60,106 bases of DNA. Origin: a virus. The stretch is taken from positions 1-60,106 of the IMG/VR virus record IMGVR_UViG_3300029427_000002. The stretch is one strand, 5' to 3'. Shown here in pieces: positions 50,557 to 59,723 of this stretch (position 1 is its first letter; each line of letters opens with the position of its first letter). Position numbers and translations under genes: made by a program. A model generated the notes under the pieces. That model was not told the DNA's origin. It saw only the letters and a list, made by a program, of their open reading frames with translations, and did not search any database.

Positions 50557-51600
50557 ATGGCGGAAGTTAGAATTAAAAAGGCTGTAATCAGAGAAGATTT
50601 ATTATCAATAACAAACGATTATAGAAAAGCAATCATTCTCAATCAGTTTATCTATTGGTCTGAAAGAGTATCGGATGCAGATAAGTTTATTCAAAAAGAA
50701 AATGAGATTGCAAAGAGCAATGGCGAAGAGGAAAGAGAGCTTTTCTATGGTTGGATATATAAAACCGCCGAAGAATTAGCCGATGAGGTTATGCTAGGTT
50801 TATCTGCAAGCCAGATAAGAAGATATATCAGTGATTTGGTGAATATGGGTTATATCTCAAAGCGAAATAACCCTAAATATAAGTGGGATAGAACATTACA
50901 ATATAGGGTAAATCTTGTAAATATTGCAAAAGACCTTAAAAAGAATGGTTATCCATTAAGCGATTATAAAATTGAAATTCCAGAAAATGAAAAAACCATT
51001 GTGCACGAGTGCGTAATCAATAATGAGCCAATGGAAAATCAAACACAAGCTAGTGACGAAGCAATACCAGATAATACTAACATAGATTACTTAAACAGAG
51101 ATTATAATTCAGAAATTACTAATAAGGATAATACATCAATTAACATTGATGGAGAGGTACATACATCGTTTTCAGAGAAACCGACGGCAAGAGCGGTCAC
51201 AAGAGATGAAATGTTGCTTAAAGAAAAAGATATGGTTGATAGGTTCAACAACATCTGTGACAACGACATAGCTAATTTAGCTATATGTGATTGCGTTAAG
51301 GATGGATTTAAGATGTATATGCAGTTATATGAAATCTATTTCCATAAAGTACACCCAATACTTACAGATAAGACATTAAAGAATGTATGTTTTGTCCTAT
51401 CAACTATCACAGATACAGAACACGGACATTTCAATTCTGATGATATATACGAAACAGACGATAAGGGCATTACAGTTTTACAGAGAATGATTAACGACCA
51501 TTTCATCAGAGAACATAGAGAAAGCACCAACTACTCAATAACACATTTTGCCAATGCTGAATATCTTGGCAAGCTGGCAAATAGATTTATAGAAATGTAA
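50557..51600 (+). CDS. Winged-helix (HTH_36/replication-initiator-like) DNA-binding protein
   Basis: AIILNQFIYWSERV...LSASQIRRYISDLVNMGYISKRNNPKYKWDRTLQYRVN. Confidence 0.55.
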   Translation: MAEVRIKKAVIREDLLSITNDYRKAIILNQFIYWSERVSDADKFIQKENEIAKSNGEEERELFYGWIYKTAEELADEVMLGLSASQIRRYISDLVNMGYISKRNNPKYKWDRTLQYRVNLVNIAKDLKKNGYPLSDYKIEIPENEKTIVHECVINNEPMENQTQASDEAIPDNTNIDYLNRDYNSEITNKDNTSINIDGEVHTSFSEKPTARAVTRDEMLLKEKDMVDRFNNICDNDIANLAICDCVKDGFKMYMQLYEIYFHKVHPILTDKTLKNVCFVLSTITDTEHGHFNSDDIYETDDKGITVLQRMINDHFIREHRESTNYSITHFANAEYLGKLANRFIEM

Positions 51601-51613
51601 AGGAGTGATTATT

Positions 51614-51808
51614 ATGGCTATGGGCGTACACCCACTAAACAAAGATAAGTTTTATGAAGCAATTAACCTGTACATATCGGGGCAGGTTTCACAGGTAAAG
51701 GCAGCAAAAGTAGCAGGCTGTAGCGTACCGACATTTAAGAAATACGCTAACAAGATTTATGGCGGCGAGGAATTACCAGATAATTTATGGGGGAAGAATG
51801 ATGATTAA
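51614..51808 (+). CDS. Small HTH protein
   Basis: GQVSQVKAAKVAGCSVPTFKKYANK; AAGGAG 8 nt upstream. Confidence 0.55.
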   Translation: MAMGVHPLNKDKFYEAINLYISGQVSQVKAAKVAGCSVPTFKKYANKIYGGEELPDNLWGKNDD

Positions 51809-52037
51809 GAGAATTGCTAATCGTTGGATAAGACACAAGACAAAGAATCTGACAGAAATACCACTTTTTACAATGATATTTAATTATCGTAAATATAAAA
51901 CAGACGGAAAGAAAGGCAGTTGCATGTTTTATGCACACCCAGATATTGCCAATGATGAATTTGTAAAGGGCAAATTACAGGAAGTTGTTGACTATGTCAG
52001 AGATAACTATGATTTGGATATATTTACGAAGATTTGA
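51798..52037 (+). CDS. Hypothetical protein (79 aa)
   Basis: GGGGGAAG SD. Confidence 0.5.
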   Translation: MMIKRIANRWIRHKTKNLTEIPLFTMIFNYRKYKTDGKKGSCMFYAHPDIANDEFVKGKLQEVVDYVRDNYDLDIFTKI

Positions 52038-52046
52038 GGTGTAATA

Positions 52047-52408
52047 TGAAAGATTGTTCAATTTGCAAATATTGTGATGAGGATTTTATTTTTGATGAAG
52101 AAACGGGAGAAGAATATCCGTTTTATGGATGCCAAAAAGGGAATAATACATCACTTGATTATAAGTGTAAAGACTTTGAACAATACAAACCGAAAAAATA
52201 TAAAGAGAAAAATACCGAATGCGATATATGTGAATACAGAGAAAAATGTGCAAAATATAGTTCTGGGATAGACTGTACAACCTACAGAGATACAAAAATA
52301 CATATTATTTATCCGCAAGACAAATGTATTAAAAGGGCAAAAGAACTAGGTGTTGAGATACCTAAAGATATTGGAAACTATTTTAAGAAATATGAGGTTG
52401 AGGTGTAA
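52047..52408 (+). CDS. Cys-rich zinc-finger protein
   Basis: CSICKYC...CDICEYREKC; TGAGGTGTAAT-ATG. Confidence 0.55.
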
Positions 52409-52409
52409 T

Positions 52410-52616
52410 ATGTGTAAATTTTGCGAGGAAAAATTTCCTGTCATAACACATTATGGCAAGTTTAAGATTGATAAGTTGTCAAATAAACCTGTAATTACAT
52501 GCAACTTGAATAAATGTCCGTCCTTTGCAGTGTGTAGCAGTAAAGATATGAATGTTGAAATGGTAATGAAAATAGCTTATTGCCCTATCTGCGGCAGAAA
52601 GTTGGTGGAAGAATGA
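52410..52616 (+). CDS. Cys-rich zinc-finger protein
   Basis: MCKFCEE...CPICGRK; the same TGAGGTGTAAT-ATG junction as the previous gene. Confidence 0.55.
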   Translation: MCKFCEEKFPVITHYGKFKIDKLSNKPVITCNLNKCPSFAVCSSKDMNVEMVMKIAYCPICGRKLVEE

Positions 52617-52867
52617 ATGAATTTTTAAAATTTTTTGACGATAAAGCAAAAGACTTTCCGATGCATCTTGAAATTACTTATAGCAAAATATGTGATTGGA
52701 ATATTTTGATTTATAAAAAAGGCTGTGCTGATGATTACCCTAAAGCTAGGTGTAATGGCGAAGATGTAGTAATTGTCGATGAAAATGATGGTGACATGGA
52801 ACTTTGCTTTGCTAAGGCACATGTAGAGCTGAAAGAATGGCTTTCGGAATTTAATGGCGGATATTAA
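52613..52867 (+). CDS. Hypothetical protein (84 aa)
   Basis: ATGA coupling. Confidence 0.55.
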   Translation: MNEFLKFFDDKAKDFPMHLEITYSKICDWNILIYKKGCADDYPKARCNGEDVVIVDENDGDMELCFAKAHVELKEWLSEFNGGY

Positions 52868-52879
52868 GGCGGTAGAAGA

Positions 52880-53119
52880 ATGAAACATCAAAAAGAATGG
52901 CACACTTGTGATAGGTGCGGAAAAGAAATAATACCTAAGAGCTGGAAAGAAGTTAGATTTAAGCAAGTTGGATGTTGCGGAGATATAGTTCCCACTTTTG
53001 AAGATAATGATATGTGCCTTGAAATCAAGAGTGTCCGTAGATATAAATTTTTAGAAAGAACATATGATTTATGCCCTAAGTGCAGGAAAGATTTTGAGAG
53101 GTTTATGAGAAATGAATAA
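52880..53119 (+). CDS. Zinc-ribbon protein
   Basis: CDRCGK...CPKCRK. Confidence 0.55.
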   Translation: MKHQKEWHTCDRCGKEIIPKSWKEVRFKQVGCCGDIVPTFEDNDMCLEIKSVRRYKFLERTYDLCPKCRKDFERFMRNE

Positions 53120-53333
53120 TATTGACAATCCTTTATCAGAGTATCAACCACCATCTAAAGAAGCAATGATAAATTTTGGAATAGATATTTCAAGAGAAGT
53201 AGTAGAAAAATATGCTTTGAAAAAGTTTGGCAGACTGCCACAAAGCCACGTTGAAATGAATTTCGCTATATGCTCTAAAATAACCGAGGAAACAAGGAGA
53301 TTTATAAGCAATGAAAATATCAGAAATGAATAA
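53112..53333 (+). CDS. Hypothetical protein (73 aa)
   Basis: Overlapping start. Confidence 0.5.
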   Translation: MNNIDNPLSEYQPPSKEAMINFGIDISREVVEKYALKKFGRLPQSHVEMNFAICSKITEETRRFISNENIRNE

Positions 53334-53502
53334 TTGCATTGAAAAAATGCGGAAGTGTTACAAGTTTGATGATGATAAAACGGAAATAAGACTTGGGGAT
53401 ATGATGAGTGGAAGTAACAGATATGTAACTGTTGGTACAAGGGATGAAAACGGAACACAGATTGAAATGACAAGATATGCGGATGAACTGAACAAGGAGT
53501 GA
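53311..53502 (+). CDS. Hypothetical protein (63 aa)
   Basis: Co-oriented, 23-nt overlap. Confidence 0.5.
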   Translation: MKISEMNNCIEKMRKCYKFDDDKTEIRLGDMMSGSNRYVTVGTRDENGTQIEMTRYADELNKE

Positions 53503-53506
53503 GATT

Positions 53507-53830
53507 ATGTTAATAGTCGCATTACAAGATGATGTAGATAACCTATATGCTATATGGAATACAGTTACGGACAGATTTTTGGGTGTTAATTTGGACAGAG
53601 ACTTTGCAATGGACGCAATAATACAATATAAGCATTGTTCTATAGCAGAAGCTAATTCAAGACTAGACAACCCACAACCATTTTCTGACATTGCTAAGGC
53701 TATTTGCAATAGCAATATTAAAACTAAATTAAATGTACTACGCACAAGATGCCACGAAAGTGCAAGAGACAGTTTTGATAAAGGTAATTATGGGATTTTA
53801 CATATAGTTACAGCAGATGAATTAAAATAA
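53507..53830 (+). CDS. Hypothetical protein (107 aa)
   Basis: AAGGAGTG SD. Confidence 0.55.
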   Translation: MLIVALQDDVDNLYAIWNTVTDRFLGVNLDRDFAMDAIIQYKHCSIAEANSRLDNPQPFSDIAKAICNSNIKTKLNVLRTRCHESARDSFDKGNYGILHIVTADELK

Positions 53831-53863
53831 ATGATTGCTGATTATCGGCGGAAAGGAATTGTT

Positions 53864-54145
53864 ATGAAGAAGAAAATTTTAGCAGTTGTGTTAGGATTGA
53901 CATTATGCTTAGGAATGACCGGATGTGCGTCATGGGACAGAATGGTAACAGATATGAAAAGCGATGTAAATGGCAATATGCAAAGAACAATTACTGTATA
54001 CACGGCAGATGGTAAAGAACTCGCAACATATGAAGGCAAAATTGATATTGATACAAACGATGGTGAATATGTTAAGTTTGATTTTAATGGTAAGAGATAT
54101 ATCTACTACAATTGCTTTGTAGAAAGCATTGCAGATATTGATTAA
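53864..54145 (+). CDS. Small lipoprotein (93 aa)
   Basis: MKKKILAVVLGLTLCLGMTGC lipobox. Confidence 0.65.
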   Translation: MKKKILAVVLGLTLCLGMTGCASWDRMVTDMKSDVNGNMQRTITVYTADGKELATYEGKIDIDTNDGEYVKFDFNGKRYIYYNCFVESIADID

Positions 54146-54151
54146 GTGATA

Positions 54152-54200
54152 TTACCGACTACAAATTGATTGTAGCCGCTAACCTTAGAAAGTTAAAGGC
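54152..54200 (+). repeat. 49-nt intergenic hairpin element, copy 1
   Basis: 35/49 identical, ungapped, to 54619-54667; the CTACAA/TTGTAG stem corresponds to GGCTAA/TTAGCC in copy 2. Confidence 0.6.
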
Positions 54201-54230
54201 TGATAAAACATAGAAAAGGAGATAGAAGCT

Positions 54231-54611
54231 ATGAAGAAGTTATTTGTAAGTGTGCCGATGAAAGGCAGAACAGAGGAAGAAATCAAAGCAAGTATTCAGA
54301 AAATGAAAAAGATTGCTGAAATATACGAGGGCGAGGAATTAGAGCTTATCGACAGTTATATCGAGGATAATCCACCTAAAAACAACAATGAAGCTGTATG
54401 GTATTTAGGTGAAAGTCTTAAGAAGCTGGCACAGGCTGATGTGTTTATTGGAATATGTGAAAGCTATGATTGGAACGGCTGTCATATTGAAAGACAGACT
54501 GCGGAAATATATGGTATTAAAGCATATATGATTCCAGCAAAGTATGTAATTGATAATTACAATGCACTTTTGCAGAAATTACATCCGGCTGTCCGTGACG
54601 TATTATTCTAA
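54231..54611 (+). CDS. Hypothetical protein, weak nucleoside 2-deoxyribosyltransferase-like/DUF4406-like impression
   Basis: 126 aa; KKLFVSVPMKGRTEEE...ADVFIGI. Confidence 0.45.
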   Translation: MKKLFVSVPMKGRTEEEIKASIQKMKKIAEIYEGEELELIDSYIEDNPPKNNNEAVWYLGESLKKLAQADVFIGICESYDWNGCHIERQTAEIYGIKAYMIPAKYVIDNYNALLQKLHPAVRDVLF

Positions 54612-54618
54612 CAAAATT

Positions 54619-54667
54619 TTACCGGCTAACAAATAGAGTTAGCCGCTACCCTAAAACAGTTATAGGC
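54619..54667 (+). repeat. 49-nt intergenic hairpin element, copy 2
   Basis: See copy 1; shared core TAGCCGCTA. Confidence 0.6.
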
Positions 54668-54677
54668 AGAGGTCTAT

Positions 54678-54712
54678 AAGCACCTTTGCTGAAAAGTGGA
54701 GGTGCTTTTCTT
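54678..54712 (+). terminator. Terminator-like hairpin whose 3' arm contains the terL Shine-Dalgarno
   Basis: AAGCACCT-14 nt-AGGTGCTT-TTCTT-ATG. Confidence 0.55.
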
Positions 54713-56446
54713 ATGGTTAGTCAAAGCCTTATTTCTACAATCAATGGATATGAAAATTACATAGAGAGAAATGGAATAGATGAACAGGTAATTGATGCCT
54801 ATGTAGACGCTTGCAGTGTAGCCATAAACGGCGAGAAAGATATTGAGTATGGACTACAACTTACTAAGAGGGCAAAAGAGCTTATAGAGGGCTTCTGCAT
54901 GACTAAAACAGGCGGTACAATTTGGAATTTAGAAAAGTATGCGTTTGCAAATAAAACGGAATATGAGCTGATTAATTGGTTTTACGATATTTTACTGATT
55001 GAAGCGCAAAACAAGGTTGTTGACAGTTTTTTTAGATACATAGAAAAGAAACGTGAACCTAAAGAAAGATTCTATATGCCGAGAAGAAAACAGTTTATCA
55101 AAATAGGCTTAATAGAAGCATTACAAGGCATGATTGATGATAAATATGATATTTTATGTATTTCTCTCCCACCTGGAACAGGAAAAACCACAATCGAAAA
55201 GTTTTTCCATTCTGCGGTTATAGGTTGGTACTCAAACGGATATAACCTTTTTTATTCACACAGCGGAGACATTACACGAATGTATTATGATGGAGTATAC
55301 GATATTGTCACAAACGCTGACGAGTATACATGGGGAGAAGTGTTCCCTGGACTTGAAGTAACAAGTACAAATGCAAAACTTGAACAGTTTAACGTAGGAA
55401 AATATAAGCCATTTCAATCTGTACAATGTACATCTGTCGGCAGTAAAAATGCCGGTAAAGTCAGAGCCAATAAATTTCTGCTAGTTGATGATATGATAGG
55501 CGGCATTGAAGAAGCACTAAACCCAACCTATCTTGATAAATTGTGGGATAAATATGCAGTAGATGCACGACAAAGAAAGATACCGGACGAGGATGGAAAC
55601 CCATGTAAAGAAATACATATTGCTACAAGGTGGAGCGTTAGAGACGTAATAGGACGTATTATACAAGCTTATGAGGGAAACAAACGAGTTAAAGTAATAT
55701 CCGTACCTGATGTAGACCCAGTAACAGGAGAAAGTAATTTTGACTTTGAATTTGGTGGCTATACAGTAAAGGATTTTGAAGATATTCAGCTGCTTATGGA
55801 TGAAATCTCATATCGCTGTCTGTATAAACAAGACCCTATAGAACGTGAGGGCTTATTATTCCCGGACGATAAAATCCGCAGATACCTTAATCTGCCACAC
55901 GGAGAACCAGAAATTATCACAGCTCAATGCGATACTAAGGGCAAAGGTACGGATTACTTTGTACTACCGGTATTACAGAAATACGGAGAAGATTATTACT
56001 GCATTGATTGTGTATGCGATAACACAGCGGATTATGAAGAACAATACAGAAATGCCGCAGCAGTACTTGTGAATAATAAAGTACAAGAGTGTGAATTTGA
56101 ACGTAATGCTGGCGGTGATAGAGTGGCTATGGAAGTTAATAAGCGTGTTGAGAGTGTAGGTTGGATATGTAACATTACTGATACACCGACCGAAACGAAT
56201 AAGGAAGCAAGGATATTCCAATGTTCTAACTGGATATTACAACATATTATTTTTAAAGACGCATCACTTTATAAGCCTAATGAGCCATACGGAGTGATGA
56301 TGTCACTGTTAAAGCAATATTCGGTATCAGGCAAAAAACAATTAGATGATGTTCCAGATGTTTTCTCAAACTTTGCACTAAGAATGACACAAGGTAATAG
56401 AACAGCTAAAGTTGAAGCTGCTATAAATCCATTTAGGAGGTATTAA
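54713..56446 (+). CDS. terL: Terminase large subunit
   Basis: Walker A LPPGTGKTT; ~577 aa; upstream of the portal gene; C-terminal nuclease-type acidic motifs. Confidence 0.9.
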   Translation: MVSQSLISTINGYENYIERNGIDEQVIDAYVDACSVAINGEKDIEYGLQLTKRAKELIEGFCMTKTGGTIWNLEKYAFANKTEYELINWFYDILLIEAQNKVVDSFFRYIEKKREPKERFYMPRRKQFIKIGLIEALQGMIDDKYDILCISLPPGTGKTTIEKFFHSAVIGWYSNGYNLFYSHSGDITRMYYDGVYDIVTNADEYTWGEVFPGLEVTSTNAKLEQFNVGKYKPFQSVQCTSVGSKNAGKVRANKFLLVDDMIGGIEEALNPTYLDKLWDKYAVDARQRKIPDEDGNPCKEIHIATRWSVRDVIGRIIQAYEGNKRVKVISVPDVDPVTGESNFDFEFGGYTVKDFEDIQLLMDEISYRCLYKQDPIEREGLLFPDDKIRRYLNLPHGEPEIITAQCDTKGKGTDYFVLPVLQKYGEDYYCIDCVCDNTADYEEQYRNAAAVLVNNKVQECEFERNAGGDRVAMEVNKRVESVGWICNITDTPTETNKEARIFQCSNWILQHIIFKDASLYKPNEPYGVMMSLLKQYSVSGKKQLDDVPDVFSNFALRMTQGNRTAKVEAAINPFRRY

Positions 56447-56452
56447 TCCACT

Positions 56453-56875
56453 ATGACAACTAAGGATTATCTGAATCAGATAAGTTATTACAATAAGATA
56501 ATTGATAATAAATTGATAGAAATAACACAGTATAAAGAATTATCATACAGCATATCAGCGGTTGTTAATGAAGAAAGAGTTATGTCATCATCAGATCCGG
56601 ACAAAACAGGCTGTGGATATGTCAGACTTGAACAAATGGAAGAAAGCCTTGACAAGCTTATAGACAAATACATTGATGTAAAAAATAAAATAATAGAGCA
56701 GATAGAACAGATAAACAATGAAGATTATTATACAGTATTGTTTCTAAGATATGTCAGAAAATTCACGTTTGAAAAAATTGCAAATGAAACAGGCTGGTGC
56801 TGGCGACAAGTACATAGAATACATGCTAAAGCACTACAAGCCTTTGAAGACAAATATGGAAGTGAATATTTGTAA
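56453..56875 (+). CDS. DUF1492/sigma-70 region-4-like late regulator
   Basis: YTVLFLRYVRKFTFEKIANETGWCWRQVHRIHAKALQAFE. Confidence 0.65.
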   Translation: MTTKDYLNQISYYNKIIDNKLIEITQYKELSYSISAVVNEERVMSSSDPDKTGCGYVRLEQMEESLDKLIDKYIDVKNKIIEQIEQINNEDYYTVLFLRYVRKFTFEKIANETGWCWRQVHRIHAKALQAFEDKYGSEYL

Positions 56876-56965
56876 AAGATGTCATAGAATGTCACATTGC
56901 CGGCGTGGTATAGTATATCTGTAAGAAGTCACAAAGATGTTTCTTCATAAACACATCCTTATCGG

Positions 56966-57000
56966 AAGCACCGTTGCTTAATTGCGGCGGTGCTTTTGTT
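56966..57000 (+). terminator. Terminator-like hairpin, paralogue of 54678-54712
   Basis: AAGCACCG-14 nt-CGGTGCTT-TTGTT-ATG. Confidence 0.6.
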
Positions 57001-57018
57001 ATGCAATGAGGTAGAGAT

Positions 57019-57228
57019 ATGAATTTTTATATGAATAAAGATAAATCAATAATGTGTCCGAACTGCCACAAGTTCTTAACTAAGGCAGACAGCAAAGATC
57101 CACGAACACATAAGTTAGCGTGCAAGTATTGCCACAAATGGATTTGGTATGTGCCTAACGATGATGATAATTTTCAAATTAAGGAAATACCACAAAGCAG
57201 AAGTTCAAGCGGTATGACATTTTATTAG
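57019..57228 (+). CDS. Zinc-ribbon protein (69 aa)
   Basis: CPNCHK...CKYCHK. Confidence 0.55.
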   Translation: MNFYMNKDKSIMCPNCHKFLTKADSKDPRTHKLACKYCHKWIWYVPNDDDNFQIKEIPQSRSSSGMTFY

Positions 57229-57237
57229 GAGCAAGAT

Positions 57238-58674
57238 ATGAACACAATGTATTTTCAAGACCTTGTTAGAGGTTGTTATGGTAGAAAAATCGCATATACG
57301 AATGTAGGTACAATAACTGCTAACAATGTTGTTAAGGTTATTGGAAGTACTATAGGTATATTTAATTGGAATAAACCAGTTATAAAGTATCTGTGGCATT
57401 ACTACAAGGGCGACCAACCTGTTTTATACAGAACTAAGCTATCTAATGAAGACATAATTAATAAAATTGTCGAGAATCACGCTTATGAATGGGTTCAATT
57501 CAAGGTAGGACAAAGCTATGGCGAACCAATCCAGTTTATTAGCCGCAAAGACGATGAAACTATCAATAAAGCGGTTGATACGCTTAATGATTTCATGACA
57601 GATGCCAATAAGCAAGAAAAAGATATTAAAGCCGGAGAGTGGCAATCCGCAACAGGTACATCATTTAAAGCAGCACAGCCTAAAAATGGAGATGTGCCAT
57701 TCAGAATTGTGGCACCCACGCCTCTTAATACTTATGCTATTTATAATGAGAGCACTGAAGAACAGATACTTGTCGTGCAAGAGCTTAAAGACGAGGATGG
57801 AAACTGGTATAAAATGGCATTTTCCGACACTATGTCATTCAGAATTGTTGACAGCAAAGTAGTTGAAGCAAAACTACATACATATGGCGAAATCCCTATT
57901 GTAGAATTTCCGAATAATCATGAAAGACTTTCTGACATTGAACTTATTATAGGTATGCTTGACGCAACCAATAATATGCAGTCCAACAGAATGGATAGCA
58001 TACAGCAGTTTGTTGAGTATTGGGTTAAGTTTGTTAATTGTGAAGTGGACGAAGAGACTTTTAAAAAAATGAAAGAAAACCATGCATTGGTTGTTAAGTC
58101 AATGAATAAAGATAACAAGTCTGATGTCGATATTATGACGCAGGAACTTAATCAAACGCAAAGCCAAGTAGCCAAAGAGGATTTTGTAGACAATGCTTTA
58201 TCTATATTGGCTATTCCAAACAAACAAGGTAATACAGGTGGAGACACACAGGGAGCAGTTGAACTTAGAAATGGATGGGACTTCTCAAAATCAAGAGCAA
58301 AATTAAAAGACCCTCTTATCAAATCATGTGAAAAACGACTAGCCGTGGTGGTTCTTAACATATTGAGACTCGCCGGAGAAGATTTAAAACTATCGGTTAG
58401 AGATTTTGATGTACAGATAAATCATAGCCCACAGGACAATATGTATACCAAGGCACAGGCGCTCACAGTATTGCTTCAAAGCGGCATACATCCACTTATA
58501 GCAATTAAGACAGTTGGTTTATGGGGAGATGCAGAAAAGACATTCCTTTTATCAAAACCATATCTTGATAATATATACAAGACTATTGATGATGTGGAAG
58601 CACAAGAACAAAAAGCACAAGAGATAGTTAATCAACTTAATAATAATCAGCAAAATAAGGCAGTTATCGAATAA
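57238..58674 (+). CDS. Portal protein (SPP1 gp6-like)
   Basis: 478 aa, between terL and the scaffold gene; KGDQPVLYRTK...NHAYEWVQFKVGQSYGEPIQF pattern. Confidence 0.85.
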   Translation: MNTMYFQDLVRGCYGRKIAYTNVGTITANNVVKVIGSTIGIFNWNKPVIKYLWHYYKGDQPVLYRTKLSNEDIINKIVENHAYEWVQFKVGQSYGEPIQFISRKDDETINKAVDTLNDFMTDANKQEKDIKAGEWQSATGTSFKAAQPKNGDVPFRIVAPTPLNTYAIYNESTEEQILVVQELKDEDGNWYKMAFSDTMSFRIVDSKVVEAKLHTYGEIPIVEFPNNHERLSDIELIIGMLDATNNMQSNRMDSIQQFVEYWVKFVNCEVDEETFKKMKENHALVVKSMNKDNKSDVDIMTQELNQTQSQVAKEDFVDNALSILAIPNKQGNTGGDTQGAVELRNGWDFSKSRAKLKDPLIKSCEKRLAVVVLNILRLAGEDLKLSVRDFDVQINHSPQDNMYTKAQALTVLLQSGIHPLIAIKTVGLWGDAEKTFLLSKPYLDNIYKTIDDVEAQEQKAQEIVNQLNNNQQNKAVIE

Positions 58675-58781
58675 TCGGTAGCTGCTTTTATTTTATACAT
58701 TTTGCAGCTATGCGGTAAATAGCAGAAAACACAGCAGGAGCGACCTGCGGTAACAAAAGCGTGTGTTTAACGGAGGTAATT

Positions 58782-59339
58782 ATGACAAGAGAAGATGTAT
58801 TAAAACTTTTTCCAGAAGCAACAGATGAACAGATTACAAATTTTCTTAATCAGAACAATTCAGAAGTTGCTACGGAGAAAAACAAGGCAAAGCAGTACAA
58901 GGCTAAGGCTGACACAGCAGACGATTTACAGAAACAGCTTGATGAAATACAGGCTGGTAATCTGACAGAGCTTGAAAAGGCAAATAAAGCCTTAGATACA
59001 GCTAATCAGCAGATAGCCGATTTACAGAAATCTAACGCTATCAGAGACCAGAGGGAAGCAGCTATGACTAATTTTAAGATTACTGCTGAACAGGCAAAGA
59101 CAGTTGTTAAAGATGATGGAAGCCTTGATTACACCGAACTTGGCAAGATTATGTCCGAAAAAGAAACAGCTGCGGCACAGGCTAAGGAACAGGAGATTGC
59201 TAAACATCAGGATATTCCAGGCGGTGGCAGTAATAAAGGCGGTGCAGGCAATAAGACAAACGCTGAAAAGATAGCAGAAAGCCTTATATCTAATGCACCT
59301 AAGAACAATTACGTTTTATCACATTACATTCAGCAATAA
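58782..59339 (+). CDS. Scaffolding protein
   Basis: 185 aa, helical, Lys/Glu/Gln-rich, between portal and capsid genes; GGAGG SD before ATG 58782. Confidence 0.7.
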   Translation: MTREDVLKLFPEATDEQITNFLNQNNSEVATEKNKAKQYKAKADTADDLQKQLDEIQAGNLTELEKANKALDTANQQIADLQKSNAIRDQREAAMTNFKITAEQAKTVVKDDGSLDYTELGKIMSEKETAAAQAKEQEIAKHQDIPGGGSNKGGAGNKTNAEKIAESLISNAPKNNYVLSHYIQQ

Positions 59340-59352
59340 CAGGAGGTAAGAA

Positions 59353-59706
59353 ATGGCAAAGGAAATGAATATGCAGTATGAAAAGACTTCATACGCAGGA
59401 GATGTTCAGATTTTAAAGAGAGAGCCTAATGAGGCAATCCCACTGACACTTGATTTTGATGGCGTGACAACTAAAAACGCACAGGGCAAGAAGATTGTTA
59501 AAGCAGGTACTCCAATCGGAGCAAATGGCAAGGCTGACAATACAGCTACAGTAGTAGGTATCTTAAGGTTTGATGTAACAGAGGACAGACCACAGGGCGT
59601 ATTGCTTAAGAAAGCATATCTTAACACAAAGGTAGCAGAAGCACACTCAGGCGTTACCTATGACGCAACAGTTAAGACAGCTCTTCCAATGATTGTATTT
59701 GAATAA
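59353..59706 (+). CDS. Head decoration protein (lambda gpD-like position and size)
   Basis: 117 aa directly upstream of the gpE-like capsid gene; ...TVVGILRFDV... motif. Confidence 0.5.
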   Translation: MAKEMNMQYEKTSYAGDVQILKREPNEAIPLTLDFDGVTTKNAQGKKIVKAGTPIGANGKADNTATVVGILRFDVTEDRPQGVLLKKAYLNTKVAEAHSGVTYDATVKTALPMIVFE

Positions 59707-59723
59707 TAACAGGAGGTAAACAG

